DNA of 39,156 bases from an uncultured Thermoplasmata archaeon (GTDB taxonomy: Archaea > Thermoplasmatota > Thermoplasmata > JAJSAE01): assembly GCA_964552865.1 (NCBI GenBank), contig CAZKII010000002.1, positions 1 to 39,156 on the forward strand, in the 5' to 3' direction. The first letter of the stretch is position 1. The number at the start of each line of letters is the position of its first letter. The position numbers and the translations under genes were made by a program. Below, one piece after another: positions 16,507 through 25,990 of this stretch. The notes beneath the pieces were generated by a model that saw nothing but the letters and a program-made list of their open reading frames with translations, searched no databases and had not been told where the DNA came from.

Positions 16507-16917
16507 CTAAACCTCCTTTTTTTCTTCCTTCGAGATCTCCTCGTCCTCCACTTCCGCTCGTATTCCCGTAACAGTGCACTCCTTGCCGCTGATGATTTCA
16601 ACCCTTCCGCCGCATTCGGGGCACGAAAAAACAGGAGATGTAACATGAAAAGCGGGGTTGTCCTCATGGGTGATCGGTCCTCTGAACCCGCAGGCAGGAC
16701 ACTCTACCAGCGCGGGGCTGCGGGTTATCCTCAACTCCGAGCCTTCCAGCACCGTCCCTTTCACCAGAACATCGTAGGCAAACTTCATCTGCTCTTCGCC
16801 GAGAAAGGTGAGCTCCCCCACGAGCAGGTCAACGCGCTCCACTTTAATGACCTCGTAAGAAGAGAGGCTGGCCAGAACCTGCTTCACCACCATCTCGGTC
16901 ATGGAGAACTCGTGCAT
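16507..16917 (-). CDS. hypA: Hydrogenase nickel-insertion protein HypA
   Basis: The canonical MHEFS N-terminus and the zinc site CPACG...CPECGG are present, with an acidic/Lys-rich tail. ATG 16917 lies 2 nt after the hypC stop. Confidence 0.9.
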   Translation of the reverse strand: MHEFSMTEMVVKQVLASLSSYEVIKVERVDLLVGELTFLGEEQMKFAYDVLVKGTVLEGSELRITRSPALVECPACGFRGPITHEDNPAFHVTSPVFSCPECGGRVEIISGKECTVTGIRAEVEDEEISKEEKKEV

Positions 16918-16919
16918 GA

Positions 16920-17141
16920 TCACAGCTCCAGTTTGTCCATCATCTCCTCGAATTCGCGGATCACTTCCTTTGCGCTCTCCTCGTCCATGATCTCAATGGC
17001 AAAGCCCGCATGCACGACCACATAGTCGCCCACTTTTGCATCGACCATGGAGATGTTCGCGCTCCTTTTCGTTCCGCCGTAGTCTATCATCGCTCTCTTT
17101 CCGTCTATTTCCACCACTCTACCGGGTACCGCAAGACACAT
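16920..17141 (-). CDS. hypC: Hydrogenase assembly chaperone HypC
   Basis: The N-terminus MCLAVPGRVVEI places the essential Cys at position 2, which fixes the start at ATG 17141. GAGGTGA lies just upstream. Confidence 0.9.
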   Translation of the reverse strand: MCLAVPGRVVEIDGKRAMIDYGGTKRSANISMVDAKVGDYVVVHAGFAIEIMDEESAKEVIREFEEMMDKLEL

Positions 17142-17231
17142 TTCTTTCACCTCTGTTTCTTTTTAACGCCATACCTGTGAACACAGGAAGAGCGTAATCT
17201 CCTATTAAATACCTCCGCATCGCAGGATTGC

Positions 17232-19412
17232 TCAATCTTTCACCCCCGCAATGATGTTCTGCCCCACCGATACGCCTCCGTCTCCGTTCGGTATTCTCCC
17301 GTGCACCGCAAACCGAAGGCCGCTGGACCGAACCGCATTCTCCACCATCCGCATAATCGGGATATTATAGCTCACGCCCCCCGTAAGGCCGATAGTTTCT
17401 ATCCCCCCCGATACCGCATACTCCGCAGCCGCATCGACCATTGTTTCAAGCACGGAATTCACGAAAGAACTGGCCAGAATCCCGCTGTTATGCGTTCCTT
17501 TCCGCCTCATATCATCCATTTCTCTCAGCGCCTCGATGAACATCACGGTACCGTCCTCTTTTCGCTCTACGGGAAAGCGAATAACGGCATCCTCCGGGGA
17601 AAGAAGCGGCTCCAGCCTCATGGCAGGTTCTCCGTCGTATGTCCTTTGTGTTCCGGTGCCGAAGATATAGGAAAGCGCATCGAGAAGACGGCCCATGCTC
17701 GTTGTCTGCGGCGATTTTGTCGTAAGCTTATCGAAAATCTCCGCCTCTCTGTCCGATATTCCGGGAACCGGTGCCTCCAGAAGGGCGAAGGCAAGCCGTC
17801 TGGGGTCCTTTGTGGCCGCATCCCCACCGATCAGAGGGAAACGCTCCAGATGGGCCACTCTTTTGAAGTCTTTATATGTTGCATGGAGAACCTCGCCCCC
17901 CCACACATCGCCGTCGCTGCCGTACCCCATGCCGTCAAGGGTTAGAGCCACGACGGAATCGAGGCCCGCGTCCAGAATGAGGGAGGCCGCATGAGCCCAG
18001 TGATGCTGGACCTCCATCACTTCCGAACCGAAGCGGGAGGCAAATTCCAGACCTATTTTTCTCGTGGGATAGTGCGGATGAAGGTCGACCGCCACTCTGT
18101 CAACGGTTTCCACCCCGTTGATCTTCAGAAGATGCTCCGTTGCTCCCCTGAGAAAGTCCTGAACCCCTGCGTAGTTGGTATTCCCTATATACTGGCTGGG
18201 AAACAGCGTGGAGCGAACCGATAGGGAGGAGGTGACATTCCTCTCGGCTCCGAAGGAGAGGACCGCAGAGGAATAGGGAACGGAAAAACCGGAGGGAACA
18301 AAACCTCTGGACCTCCTTATGAACATCGCATTCTCTCCGTACGGAATCACAAGGCTGTCGTCCACCCTGTTCACTATATCCCGGTTGTGAAGGAGATATG
18401 CGTCGGCCCCGAGAGTGAGGGCCTCCTCATTATCCAGAATTATCGGCTCACCGGGAAGGTTGGCAGAGGTCATTATAAGGGCGTCGTGCCCTTCGAGATG
18501 GTGAAATATCAGGTGCTGAACCGGTGTGTACGGGAGGTAAAGACCTATGTTGCCGAGACCGGGTGAGATTTCCTCCGGCACTCCCGACCTCTTTTTCAGA
18601 AGCACTATGGGGCGCTGAGGCGAGAGAAGGAGCCGCTCCGCATCATCGTCGATAACAGCGTAACGCCTTGCCGCTTCCATGTCCCTCACCATGACCGCAA
18701 ACGGCTTGGCCTCCCTCCTGTACCATTTCCTGAGTTTCGCAGTGCTTTCGAGGGTGCAGGTTATGTGCATTCCGCCCCAGCTCTTCACCACTCCTATCCT
18801 TCCCTCTTCCAGCAGTCTTGCAAATGAGAAAATCGGGTCTTCCGCCTGCAATACCTCACCATCTCCTCCGTAGAGGGTATATTGCGGCCCGTCGTCGGGG
18901 CAGGATATGGTCTGGGCGTGGAACCTTCTGTTCAGAGGATCCCTGTACTCGTTCAGGCAGTCATCGCACAGAGGAAAAGGAGCCATGGCGGTTTTATCCC
19001 GGTCATATGGCAGGTCGCTTATAACCGAGAATCTGGCCCCGCAGTTGGTGCAGTTGATGAACGGGTACATATACCTCCGGTCCTCCGGGTCGAAGAGCTC
19101 CGCGAGGCAGTCGTCACAGAGAGCTATGTCAGGAGGGAGAACGGACTCCCTTTCACCGCACCGGCTCTCTATTATTCTGAAATCGTCATACCGGCAATCG
19201 GCCTCCTCGTAATCCACCCGGTCGATTCTGGCCAGCGGAGGGAGTTGCTCCTTCAGGGCCTTTAAAAAAGCGTCCGCATCGCCGTCTATGCACACCTCCA
19301 CATTGGAGCCGTTGTTCCTCACATAACCGCGAAGCCCGAGCTCGGAAGCCACCCTGAAAACGGTTGGCCGGAACCCGACGCCCTGAACGACTCCATAGAG
19401 GTAAAGGCGCAT
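17232..19412 (-). CDS. hypF: Carbamoyltransferase HypF
   Basis: The domains present are an N-terminal acylphosphatase domain (YGVVQGVGFRP), two CxxC-x18-CxxC zinc fingers, a YrdC-like domain and a Kae1-like domain. The length is 726 aa. Confidence 0.95.
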   Translation of the reverse strand: MRLYLYGVVQGVGFRPTVFRVASELGLRGYVRNNGSNVEVCIDGDADAFLKALKEQLPPLARIDRVDYEEADCRYDDFRIIESRCGERESVLPPDIALCDDCLAELFDPEDRRYMYPFINCTNCGARFSVISDLPYDRDKTAMAPFPLCDDCLNEYRDPLNRRFHAQTISCPDDGPQYTLYGGDGEVLQAEDPIFSFARLLEEGRIGVVKSWGGMHITCTLESTAKLRKWYRREAKPFAVMVRDMEAARRYAVIDDDAERLLLSPQRPIVLLKKRSGVPEEISPGLGNIGLYLPYTPVQHLIFHHLEGHDALIMTSANLPGEPIILDNEEALTLGADAYLLHNRDIVNRVDDSLVIPYGENAMFIRRSRGFVPSGFSVPYSSAVLSFGAERNVTSSLSVRSTLFPSQYIGNTNYAGVQDFLRGATEHLLKINGVETVDRVAVDLHPHYPTRKIGLEFASRFGSEVMEVQHHWAHAASLILDAGLDSVVALTLDGMGYGSDGDVWGGEVLHATYKDFKRVAHLERFPLIGGDAATKDPRRLAFALLEAPVPGISDREAEIFDKLTTKSPQTTSMGRLLDALSYIFGTGTQRTYDGEPAMRLEPLLSPEDAVIRFPVERKEDGTVMFIEALREMDDMRRKGTHNSGILASSFVNSVLETMVDAAAEYAVSGGIETIGLTGGVSYNIPIMRMVENAVRSSGLRFAVHGRIPNGDGGVSVGQNIIAGVKD

Positions 19413-19433
19413 GGACGCAAATTCCCAAGGTAG

Positions 19434-19441
19434 TATTTATA
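19434..19441 (-). promoter_or_regulatory. TATA-like box for hypF (leaderless)
   Basis: The minus strand reads TATAAATA, centred about 26 nt upstream of ATG 19412. Confidence 0.4.
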
Positions 19442-19538
19442 GCCTGCTGGACAGAGATGAGCATGGGAGGATTTGACAGAGACAAATGTCCTTCTGAAGA
19501 TAGTAAAATATATATACCAGCATTTGTATTGGGACAGC

Positions 19539-21782
19539 ATGAACGCCGAACAGATCCACGGGAGGATGTTATACCAGCCGGAGTGGGCGGAGAAGAAAAA
19601 ATTCAAGGACGCATCCAACATCATCATGGGCTCTATTGTCATAGCTCTGGGTGCGATACTGGCGCTCATGTTTCTTTATTTCGGCCTCAAAGAAGAGAAC
19701 GCGGCCGCTGCCTTGATGATTTTCATGGGTGCTTTTGTTATGGCGCTTGGCTATACCATGGTCCGCACCGAAGCGAGGAAGATGCCCTTCCGAATCTACG
19801 AAAGCGGTATCACCAAACCCACGGTTTCATTTTCCAGAGGCTTGAAGAGAATGGAGGAGATAATCCCATGGGCAGACATCCGTGCGGTCTCCATAAACAG
19901 CAGCCCCTTCTACAGCGTTCAGATAAAGAGCATAAAAATAGAATGCGACACGGAGGGGGATATAGAGCTTTACTACAACGACCTTGACGACCCGCTCACG
20001 GTGATGAAGCTTCTTAAAAGGTTCGTTCCGGAGAAGATGTCCCCGGAGTTCAACATATATGTGGGCAGCAGAGAGGAGAGGGCGCTGGTAAAGCCGCCCA
20101 TCGATTACATGAAAAAGAGCAGCGGCACGACGCTAATCTCCTTTGTCCTCTTTCCGATGCTGGCGTTCATTACCGCTCTCTTCCTTGGCCCGGATATGAG
20201 GCGTAACCTCATAGAGATTGCCGTGACCGGCCCAATAATAGTGCTCTTCGGAATCCTGATGTACCACTTGGGGGATCGTGAGTTTACGGACAGTATGAGC
20301 GCATGTGAGCCCACCGAAAGCGGCCTGAAGGTAAAGCCCACTTTCTTCGTAAAATACCTCTCGGATTACCCGAAGCTGGTGCCATATTCGGCGATTCGCA
20401 CCATAAGACTGAAACTGGAGCCGCTCTTCTTCTCCCATATCTGTGAGATAGAACTGATAACCGGAGAGAGGTACAAGAGCAATATGGATGTATATCTCTC
20501 GGCAGCGGAACGGGAAGAGTTTGTTCTCAGGGATTTCGATCTGGTCAACAGAAAGCCTGCTCCGGCTCCCGACAGGAAATTCTTCGCCAAGAATCCCCGG
20601 AAGTACACGCTTTTCATGATTCTGCTCACAATGCCGATCATGTTCATTCTTCCCCTCATCGTTCAGTCGCCGGAGATTCCCGAGAACAGTTTCAGGTTTT
20701 TCGCCCTTCTGATACTCGGAACGATTGTTCCGCTCTGGCTCTACCTCCACATGGTCATCGCAAAAAGAACGCGCCTCTCCGAAAGACTGTTCGCTGACGA
20801 CCGGGGCATACGGATACCGGACCTTCCGGGAAAGATGAACTTCATTCCGAGGGACGAATTCATAACTGCACAGGTGGGGAAGGACATCTACGGCTACTAC
20901 TGCAAGATAATAAGCAGGAAGGGCGAGGTAAAGCTCTCTCAGCTCGCCCGCGACAAATTGCTGCAGGCCGGCTATCCGGTCACCGACGCGGAGGAGCCCG
21001 TTATCGGAAGGAATATTTCGCCGGAAACTCAAAAGAGGCTTCCGTTCAACCTCGAAGTGCCGCAAACACCCCCCAGCTACCCCTTGTCCTCAGAGCATCC
21101 GGAAAAGGGGGGCGAGGGAGAAATAAACCCTGTTTATTCAAAGACCCCGGGAAACATAACGGATAACCGGGAGACGCCGCCGCCTCCAGACGGGGGAAGG
21201 ATCACGCTACATGCAGGATGGAACGGCCCGCTCTCCACCGGTGTTTCCAAGAAGGACCTGAAGAAAATACGGCTTTACACCTTCGGTCTCGGCTCTCTCT
21301 TCCTGATTCTGGGGCTTTCTTTCAGAGAAATGTGCCTCTTCGCCCTCGTTGGCGGCCTGTTCATTTTCCTCGGCATTGTGGTGGAGTATGCGAGGAGAAA
21401 ACCATCGCTGAACGGAACATCCATAGACATCCCGGAGAACGCTGCGGATGCGGCGGAGCAACTTACCATATCACTTCTGGGGCAGATGGGCGAGAATCCG
21501 CGGCTGATGGAAGAAAAGGGAAAACTTCTGAAAGGAAACAGGTACATGACGGCAAGCGGAATAATGTTCACCTTTTTCCGAATGAAACAGAACGGCACAA
21601 GGGGGCAGAGGATTTTCCGGCTAAGAATCTCCAACATAACAGAGGAGAACATCCAGCGGGCCATAAAACTTCAGATCGAACTGGACAGGCTGTTTCTGGA
21701 GAACAGAATCGGAGGGATGCCCATACTGCCGGTGAAGACGGAATATGTCTGGAGAGACGGAAAGCTGACGGCACAGAAATGA
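19539..21782 (+). CDS. Polytopic membrane protein with four tandem (TM hairpin + ~80-100 aa cytoplasmic PH-like/bPH-like) modules, YdbT-like architecture
   Basis: There are eight TM helices in four pairs. The first three pairs are followed by similar beta-rich segments: PFRIYESGITKP..IPWADIRAV, ESGLKVKP..VPYSAIRTI, DDRGIRIPD..FIPRDEFITA. The first ATG is 19539, with AAAATATATATA centred about 28 nt upstream. The ORF-track TTG at 19473 is less likely. Confidence 0.5.
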   Translation: MNAEQIHGRMLYQPEWAEKKKFKDASNIIMGSIVIALGAILALMFLYFGLKEENAAAALMIFMGAFVMALGYTMVRTEARKMPFRIYESGITKPTVSFSRGLKRMEEIIPWADIRAVSINSSPFYSVQIKSIKIECDTEGDIELYYNDLDDPLTVMKLLKRFVPEKMSPEFNIYVGSREERALVKPPIDYMKKSSGTTLISFVLFPMLAFITALFLGPDMRRNLIEIAVTGPIIVLFGILMYHLGDREFTDSMSACEPTESGLKVKPTFFVKYLSDYPKLVPYSAIRTIRLKLEPLFFSHICEIELITGERYKSNMDVYLSAAEREEFVLRDFDLVNRKPAPAPDRKFFAKNPRKYTLFMILLTMPIMFILPLIVQSPEIPENSFRFFALLILGTIVPLWLYLHMVIAKRTRLSERLFADDRGIRIPDLPGKMNFIPRDEFITAQVGKDIYGYYCKIISRKGEVKLSQLARDKLLQAGYPVTDAEEPVIGRNISPETQKRLPFNLEVPQTPPSYPLSSEHPEKGGEGEINPVYSKTPGNITDNRETPPPPDGGRITLHAGWNGPLSTGVSKKDLKKIRLYTFGLGSLFLILGLSFREMCLFALVGGLFIFLGIVVEYARRKPSLNGTSIDIPENAADAAEQLTISLLGQMGENPRLMEEKGKLLKGNRYMTASGIMFTFFRMKQNGTRGQRIFRLRISNITEENIQRAIKLQIELDRLFLENRIGGMPILPVKTEYVWRDGKLTAQK

Positions 21783-21824
21783 TTATCCGCAAACCCACTG
21801 GAGATCTTCAATACCTCCGCCCTT

Positions 21825-22865
21825 TCATCGCACGAGATAGTTTATGGCCATCTCGGATATATCCCCAGAATATTCTCCCGTCCGCCTTATGCTCTCTGTT
21901 ATGTAACTGAGCGCTATTGCGTTCATGCCCTTCTCCTTCATTACCATATTGTTCAATTCCTCGCATCTCACCGCCAGTTTCTTCGTCTTCTCTATGGTGG
22001 CGTTCGCAGCCTTCATGTCCTTTTTGAGCCACGAATCCACACTGTCGGAGAACAGCGAAAGAGCCTGTTTGCTTACCGCTTCTATCTCCTTTAAAATGGC
22101 AGAAGACGGCCTTTTCCCCATCTTCATAGCATTCTTTGCAATCCTCACAGCATGGTCACCTATCCGTTCCATTGTCTTGGCCACTATGAAGTAGTAAACC
22201 CCGCTTTCCTGCGTTATCCCCATCTTCAGCATGGTCTCGCTGCTTCTCAGCGCAGAATTGTACTGATGGGCCACCAGCCAATACAGGCGGTCCACCTCTA
22301 TATCCCTCTCCACGGAATCATTCAGAAGGGCATTATCCTCCTTTACAAGGCCTTCTATTGCATCCATGTGCATGGCCTTTACAAGCAGGTGCATCCTCCG
22401 TATCGTTCTTTCAAAGGGCATCTCGCTCGGGCTGAGAAGGTCGCGTATCTCCATGAACTTCTCACCCTCCTCCACTATCTCAAGCCCAACGCTATTCTGT
22501 GAAAATTGCCTTGCCACAGATCTAGCGCTCTCCTCCATAACGCCTCTGGAATGCAGGTTTATTACAGAGTATCCTTTAATATATGCAGCCACCAGAATTC
22601 TGAAGAGGTAATCACCGTTCATGCCGCTGCTAATATCCAGATCCATCTGCCTGCGATCGGTTTCTTTTCCGGAATCAGGGGATATTATCAGGGTTCCGTC
22701 GGGCTGTGCCGTTATGTTGATCAAGTCGTTCTTCCGTATATTCATCCTCTTTACCCACTCTTTCGGGAGGGTGATTATATAGGACGAGCCGCCGGTCATC
22801 TGAACCTTTCTCTTTTCCATGCTATCATTCGCATAGAGGGTATGGTGCTTTTTAAAACTTTCCAT
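21825..22865 (-). CDS. Phosphate-uptake regulator: N-terminal SpoVT/AbrB DNA-binding domain fused to a PhoU domain
   Basis: GGSSYIITLPKEWVKRMNIRKNDLINI indicates an AbrB swapped-hairpin. It is followed by duplicated PhoU helices (ERIGDHAVRIAKNA, RRTGEYSGDISEMA). The gene is divergent from pstS. Confidence 0.8.
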   Translation of the reverse strand: MESFKKHHTLYANDSMEKRKVQMTGGSSYIITLPKEWVKRMNIRKNDLINITAQPDGTLIISPDSGKETDRRQMDLDISSGMNGDYLFRILVAAYIKGYSVINLHSRGVMEESARSVARQFSQNSVGLEIVEEGEKFMEIRDLLSPSEMPFERTIRRMHLLVKAMHMDAIEGLVKEDNALLNDSVERDIEVDRLYWLVAHQYNSALRSSETMLKMGITQESGVYYFIVAKTMERIGDHAVRIAKNAMKMGKRPSSAILKEIEAVSKQALSLFSDSVDSWLKKDMKAANATIEKTKKLAVRCEELNNMVMKEKGMNAIALSYITESIRRTGEYSGDISEMAINYLVR

Positions 22866-22993
22866 ATCTCTATCAATTGGAATATAGAACTATATAGTCA
22901 CCATATCCAAACATATTCTATGTCGAGAATCCATAAATAAATACATAGATTCGCCTCTTTGTAAAAAACACACGGAAACAAGAGAGAAAGGAG
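22866..22993. promoter_or_regulatory. AT-rich divergent promoter/operator region between the AbrB-PhoU regulator and pstS
   Basis: CTATATAG at 22890-22897 lies about 28 nt from the minus-strand ATG. ATAAATAAATA at 22933-22943 is a candidate pstS TATA. CCATATC is repeated at 22862-22868 and 22901-22907, and several CATAT-like units occur at roughly 10-bp intervals. Confidence 0.4.
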
Positions 22994-23002
22994 ATGAGAA
23001 AA

Positions 23003-24139
23003 ATGGAAAAAAAGACCATGTATATGGGTGCGGCGATTGCTATTATAGGCGTAGTGGTGCTGGCCGCAGTGATGTCGGGATGGGTCGCAAACACTAGCTC
23101 GAATAACAACAGCGACGACGGAACAGGGGGTGTCATTATTCTTCGCACCACAGGTGCGACTTTTCCCCAGTATCAGGTACAGAAATGGATAGAGACATAC
23201 CAGAAGAGTAACCCCAATGTAAAAATAGAGTACGAAGGAGGGGGGTCTGGACACGGTCAGGATGCCTTCATGCAGGGACTTAGCGAAATAGGACGGACAG
23301 ACCCACCGGTCAGTGAGAGCACATGGAGCAAATTCGAAGACACGGGAGATAAGCCGTTGCAGTTCCCGGAGGTTGTGGGCGCCGTTGTGATATCGTACAA
23401 CATTCCGGGAGTCGGAGATATAAAACTCAGTCAGGATGCACTTGTGGGTATATTCATAGGTGACATAGAATACTGGGATGATGCAAAAATAACCGAGCAG
23501 AATCCGGGTGTCAACCTGCCCCATGAGAGAATAATAGTGGTACACAGGAGCGATTCAAGTGGTACAACCGCAATATTTACCACATACCTTAGCCTCATAA
23601 ATTCCACATGGGATAAGCAGGTCGGCGCAGGCAAAACGGTCCAATGGCCTACAGACGATATGGGAAGAGGACTCGGAGGAAAAGGCAATCCGGGAGTCGT
23701 TTCAACTCTTAAACAGACCGACTACAGCATATGTTATACGGAGCTTTCCTTCGCCATAGAAGAGAGTCTCCCAACAGCAGACCTTGAGAACGCGGAAGGG
23801 AGATACACAAAGCCAACCGATTCTTCCATACAGGCTGCTGTCGCAGGGGTGAGTTCGAATATACCTCCACCCGACAAAGGGTACAGCGAGAACCTGAAAC
23901 AACTCCTGAACGCTCATGGAAATGACTCATACCCCATAGTGGCGTTCACACACATGCTCGTGTGGAAAAACATAGACGGGAAACACTACACACACGACGA
24001 AGTGACAGCCATAAAGGAGTTCATGAAATGGGTGCTCACAGAGGGGCAGAAACCGGAAAATCTCGCACCGGGATATGTCGGACTACCGGAGAATGTGGCA
24101 AACATCGGGCTCAGTGCGATAAACCAGATACAGGGATGA
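23003..24139 (+). CDS. pstS: Phosphate ABC transporter substrate-binding protein PstS
   Basis: GATFPQYQVQKWIETYQKSNPNVKIEYEGGGSGHGQ and RSDSSGTT are PstS blocks, and an N-terminal TM/signal segment is present. GGAG lies 9 nt upstream of ATG 23003. The alternative ATG at 22994 directly abuts the SD. Confidence 0.9.
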   Translation: MEKKTMYMGAAIAIIGVVVLAAVMSGWVANTSSNNNSDDGTGGVIILRTTGATFPQYQVQKWIETYQKSNPNVKIEYEGGGSGHGQDAFMQGLSEIGRTDPPVSESTWSKFEDTGDKPLQFPEVVGAVVISYNIPGVGDIKLSQDALVGIFIGDIEYWDDAKITEQNPGVNLPHERIIVVHRSDSSGTTAIFTTYLSLINSTWDKQVGAGKTVQWPTDDMGRGLGGKGNPGVVSTLKQTDYSICYTELSFAIEESLPTADLENAEGRYTKPTDSSIQAAVAGVSSNIPPPDKGYSENLKQLLNAHGNDSYPIVAFTHMLVWKNIDGKHYTHDEVTAIKEFMKWVLTEGQKPENLAPGYVGLPENVANIGLSAINQIQG

Positions 24140-24243
24140 GTCCAAAAAACCCTTTTATTTACCGCAACAGCATGAAAAAAGATTCGGGCCCGAAGCCGCA
24201 GAATCACACATCTGGAACATACTGAAAAAAAGGAGGATATGAC

Positions 24244-25170
24244 ATGAAAATCAGAAAGCCTGACCTCTTTCAGATAATCACATACCCTGCAGTGATAATA
24301 GTATTCGCTATCTTCATCTCTATGCTAATTACCTTCCTGATCCGGTCCCTGCCCGCATTCGACATGTACGGCTTCAACCTCTACGCAAAAAATGTATGGA
24401 TAGCTACAGAGAATCCAGATAATGAAAAATATGGCATTTTGGCCGCAATATGGGGCAGCATATACACATCCGTCATAGCTGTGGGGATAGCTCTTCCTCT
24501 CTCGGTAGGTTACTCCATATTCGTGATCGATTACGCTCCGAAAAAAGTCAAGAATCTCCTGATAATACTTTCGGATGTTATGGCCGGACTCCCTACCATA
24601 ATATACGGGGTGTGGGCGGTCTTCTTCCTCGTACCAGCGTTGAAAGATAACATAATGACCCCTCTTTACGATACTTTTTCCTTCATACCTCTGTTCTCCC
24701 AGCCGTCCATATCCGGGTTCAGCATAATGTCAGCAGGCACACTGCTCGGCATAATGGTGACCCCCTTTGCATCGGCAATAATAAGAGAGTCATACCAGAT
24801 GATACCATTCAAATACAAGGAGGCGGCCTTCTCCCTAGGCCTTACTAGATACGAGACCGCAAAACTCCTGTTCGGATACATAAAACCCGCGGTCTATTCC
24901 GGCATGATTCTCGCATTCGGAAGGGCCATCGGAGAGACCGTCGCCGTGAGTCTTGTGGTTGGAAACGCATTCAATCTCACAGCCAATATGCTTGCCCCGG
25001 GCTACACCATATCTTCGCTAATAGCAAATCAGTTCGGAAACGCATTCATATACGGACACATGACATCCGTGCTCTATGCCTCAGGACTATTCCTTTTTGT
25101 AATAGGCCTCGCCGTCAATCTTCTTGGGATATACATGTTAAGGAGGTGGAGGAAAAATGTGGAAATATGA
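24244..25170 (+). CDS. pstC: Phosphate ABC transporter permease PstC
   Basis: It is a 6-TM permease with the EAA-like loop YKEAAFSLGLTRYET. AAGGAGG lies 6 nt upstream. Confidence 0.9.
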   Translation: MKIRKPDLFQIITYPAVIIVFAIFISMLITFLIRSLPAFDMYGFNLYAKNVWIATENPDNEKYGILAAIWGSIYTSVIAVGIALPLSVGYSIFVIDYAPKKVKNLLIILSDVMAGLPTIIYGVWAVFFLVPALKDNIMTPLYDTFSFIPLFSQPSISGFSIMSAGTLLGIMVTPFASAIIRESYQMIPFKYKEAAFSLGLTRYETAKLLFGYIKPAVYSGMILAFGRAIGETVAVSLVVGNAFNLTANMLAPGYTISSLIANQFGNAFIYGHMTSVLYASGLFLFVIGLAVNLLGIYMLRRWRKNVEI

Positions 25171-25990
25171 TACACGAAAAATAAAGGAAAAACTGTTCCT
25201 CATTGCCGTAGCAGCTCTGACCATTCTTGCTGTTTTTCCCCTCTTTCATATAGTGTTCACCGTGTTTTACGAGGGAATCGGCACAATAATGGCGACTGGC
25301 CCCACTTTCATAACAGGGACTCTTGGCGAGGGGGGAATCGGCCCTGCGATTGTGGGAACCCTTATGCTCACACTGCTCTCCTCCATCATCGGCATCCCGA
25401 TTGCTCTGGCAGTTGGAATATATGCGTACGAGTATCCGAACAGCAGAATCGGAAAGATCACGACCACGCTTCTCCAGATAATGCTGGAGTTCCCCACAAT
25501 ACTGGTTGGCCTGTTTGTAATGCAACTGATTGTCATCCCTACGGGGAGCTACTCCGTTATCGCCGGAGCCTTGGCACTGGCAATAATCATGATGCCGTAT
25601 GTTGCGGTCTATACCGCAGAATCAATGTCCCAGATACCTTTCACATTCAGAGAAGCGGCCTTCGGCCTCGGCGTTAACAGGGCCAAATCCGTTTTCATGA
25701 TAATAGCACCCATCGCAAAAAGAGGGATACTCACAGGACTTCTGATTTCCACCGCCAAAGTTGCCGGAGAAACCGCGCCTCTGCTGTTCACGGCGGGCGG
25801 CCTTTATCAATCCTATCCTCACTCCCTTACAGAGCCAGTAGGTTCCATATCCCTCCTTATATACACACTTGTCCAGAGTCCGAGCGCTGCGGACCATCAG
25901 ATGGCCTGGGGTGCGGCCCTGGTGCTGATGGTTATATTTCTGACCGTCTTCATCCCCATAAGAATGAGCCTTAAGGAGGTAAAACTATGA
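25157..25990 (+). CDS. pstA: Phosphate ABC transporter permease PstA
   Basis: This is the second permease, with the loop [15 protein letters not shown]. It overlaps pstC by 14 nt. Confidence 0.9.
   Translation: MWKYDTRKIKEKLFLIAVAALTILAVFPLFHIVFTVFYEGIGTIMATGPTFITGTLGEGGIGPAIVGTLMLTLLSSIIGIPIALAVGIYAYEYPNSRIGKITTTLLQIMLEFPTILVGLFVMQLIVIPTGSYSVIAGALALAIIMMPYVAVYTAESMSQIPFTFREAAFGLGVNRAKSVFMIIAPIAKRGILTGLLISTAKVAGETAPLLFTAGGLYQSYPHSLTEPVGSISLLIYTLVQSPSAADHQMAWGAALVLMVIFLTVFIPIRMSLKEVKL

Noticed and set aside
16506-16667. N-terminal extension of the hypD ORF (MRTTPLFM...RRKKKRRFS), and similarly of the dihydroorotase ORF (10347-10466).
   Set aside because: The extensions overlap the 3' ends of hypA and AMMECR1 in another frame and are basic junk-like sequence. 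Canonical N-termini (MFKYRDKELA with GGAGGT upstream; MVISGKF) start right after the upstream stops.
24183-24194. A perfect 12-bp palindrome TTCGGGCCCGAA between pstS and pstC, and the CCTGTG-AA-CACAGG palindrome at 17174-17187 upstream of hypC.
   Set aside because: As a rough estimate, 6+6 palindromes are expected about ten times by chance in 39 kb. Neither can form a stable RNA hairpin because the loop is only 0-2 nt, and neither matches a known operator. They are recorded only as weak candidates.
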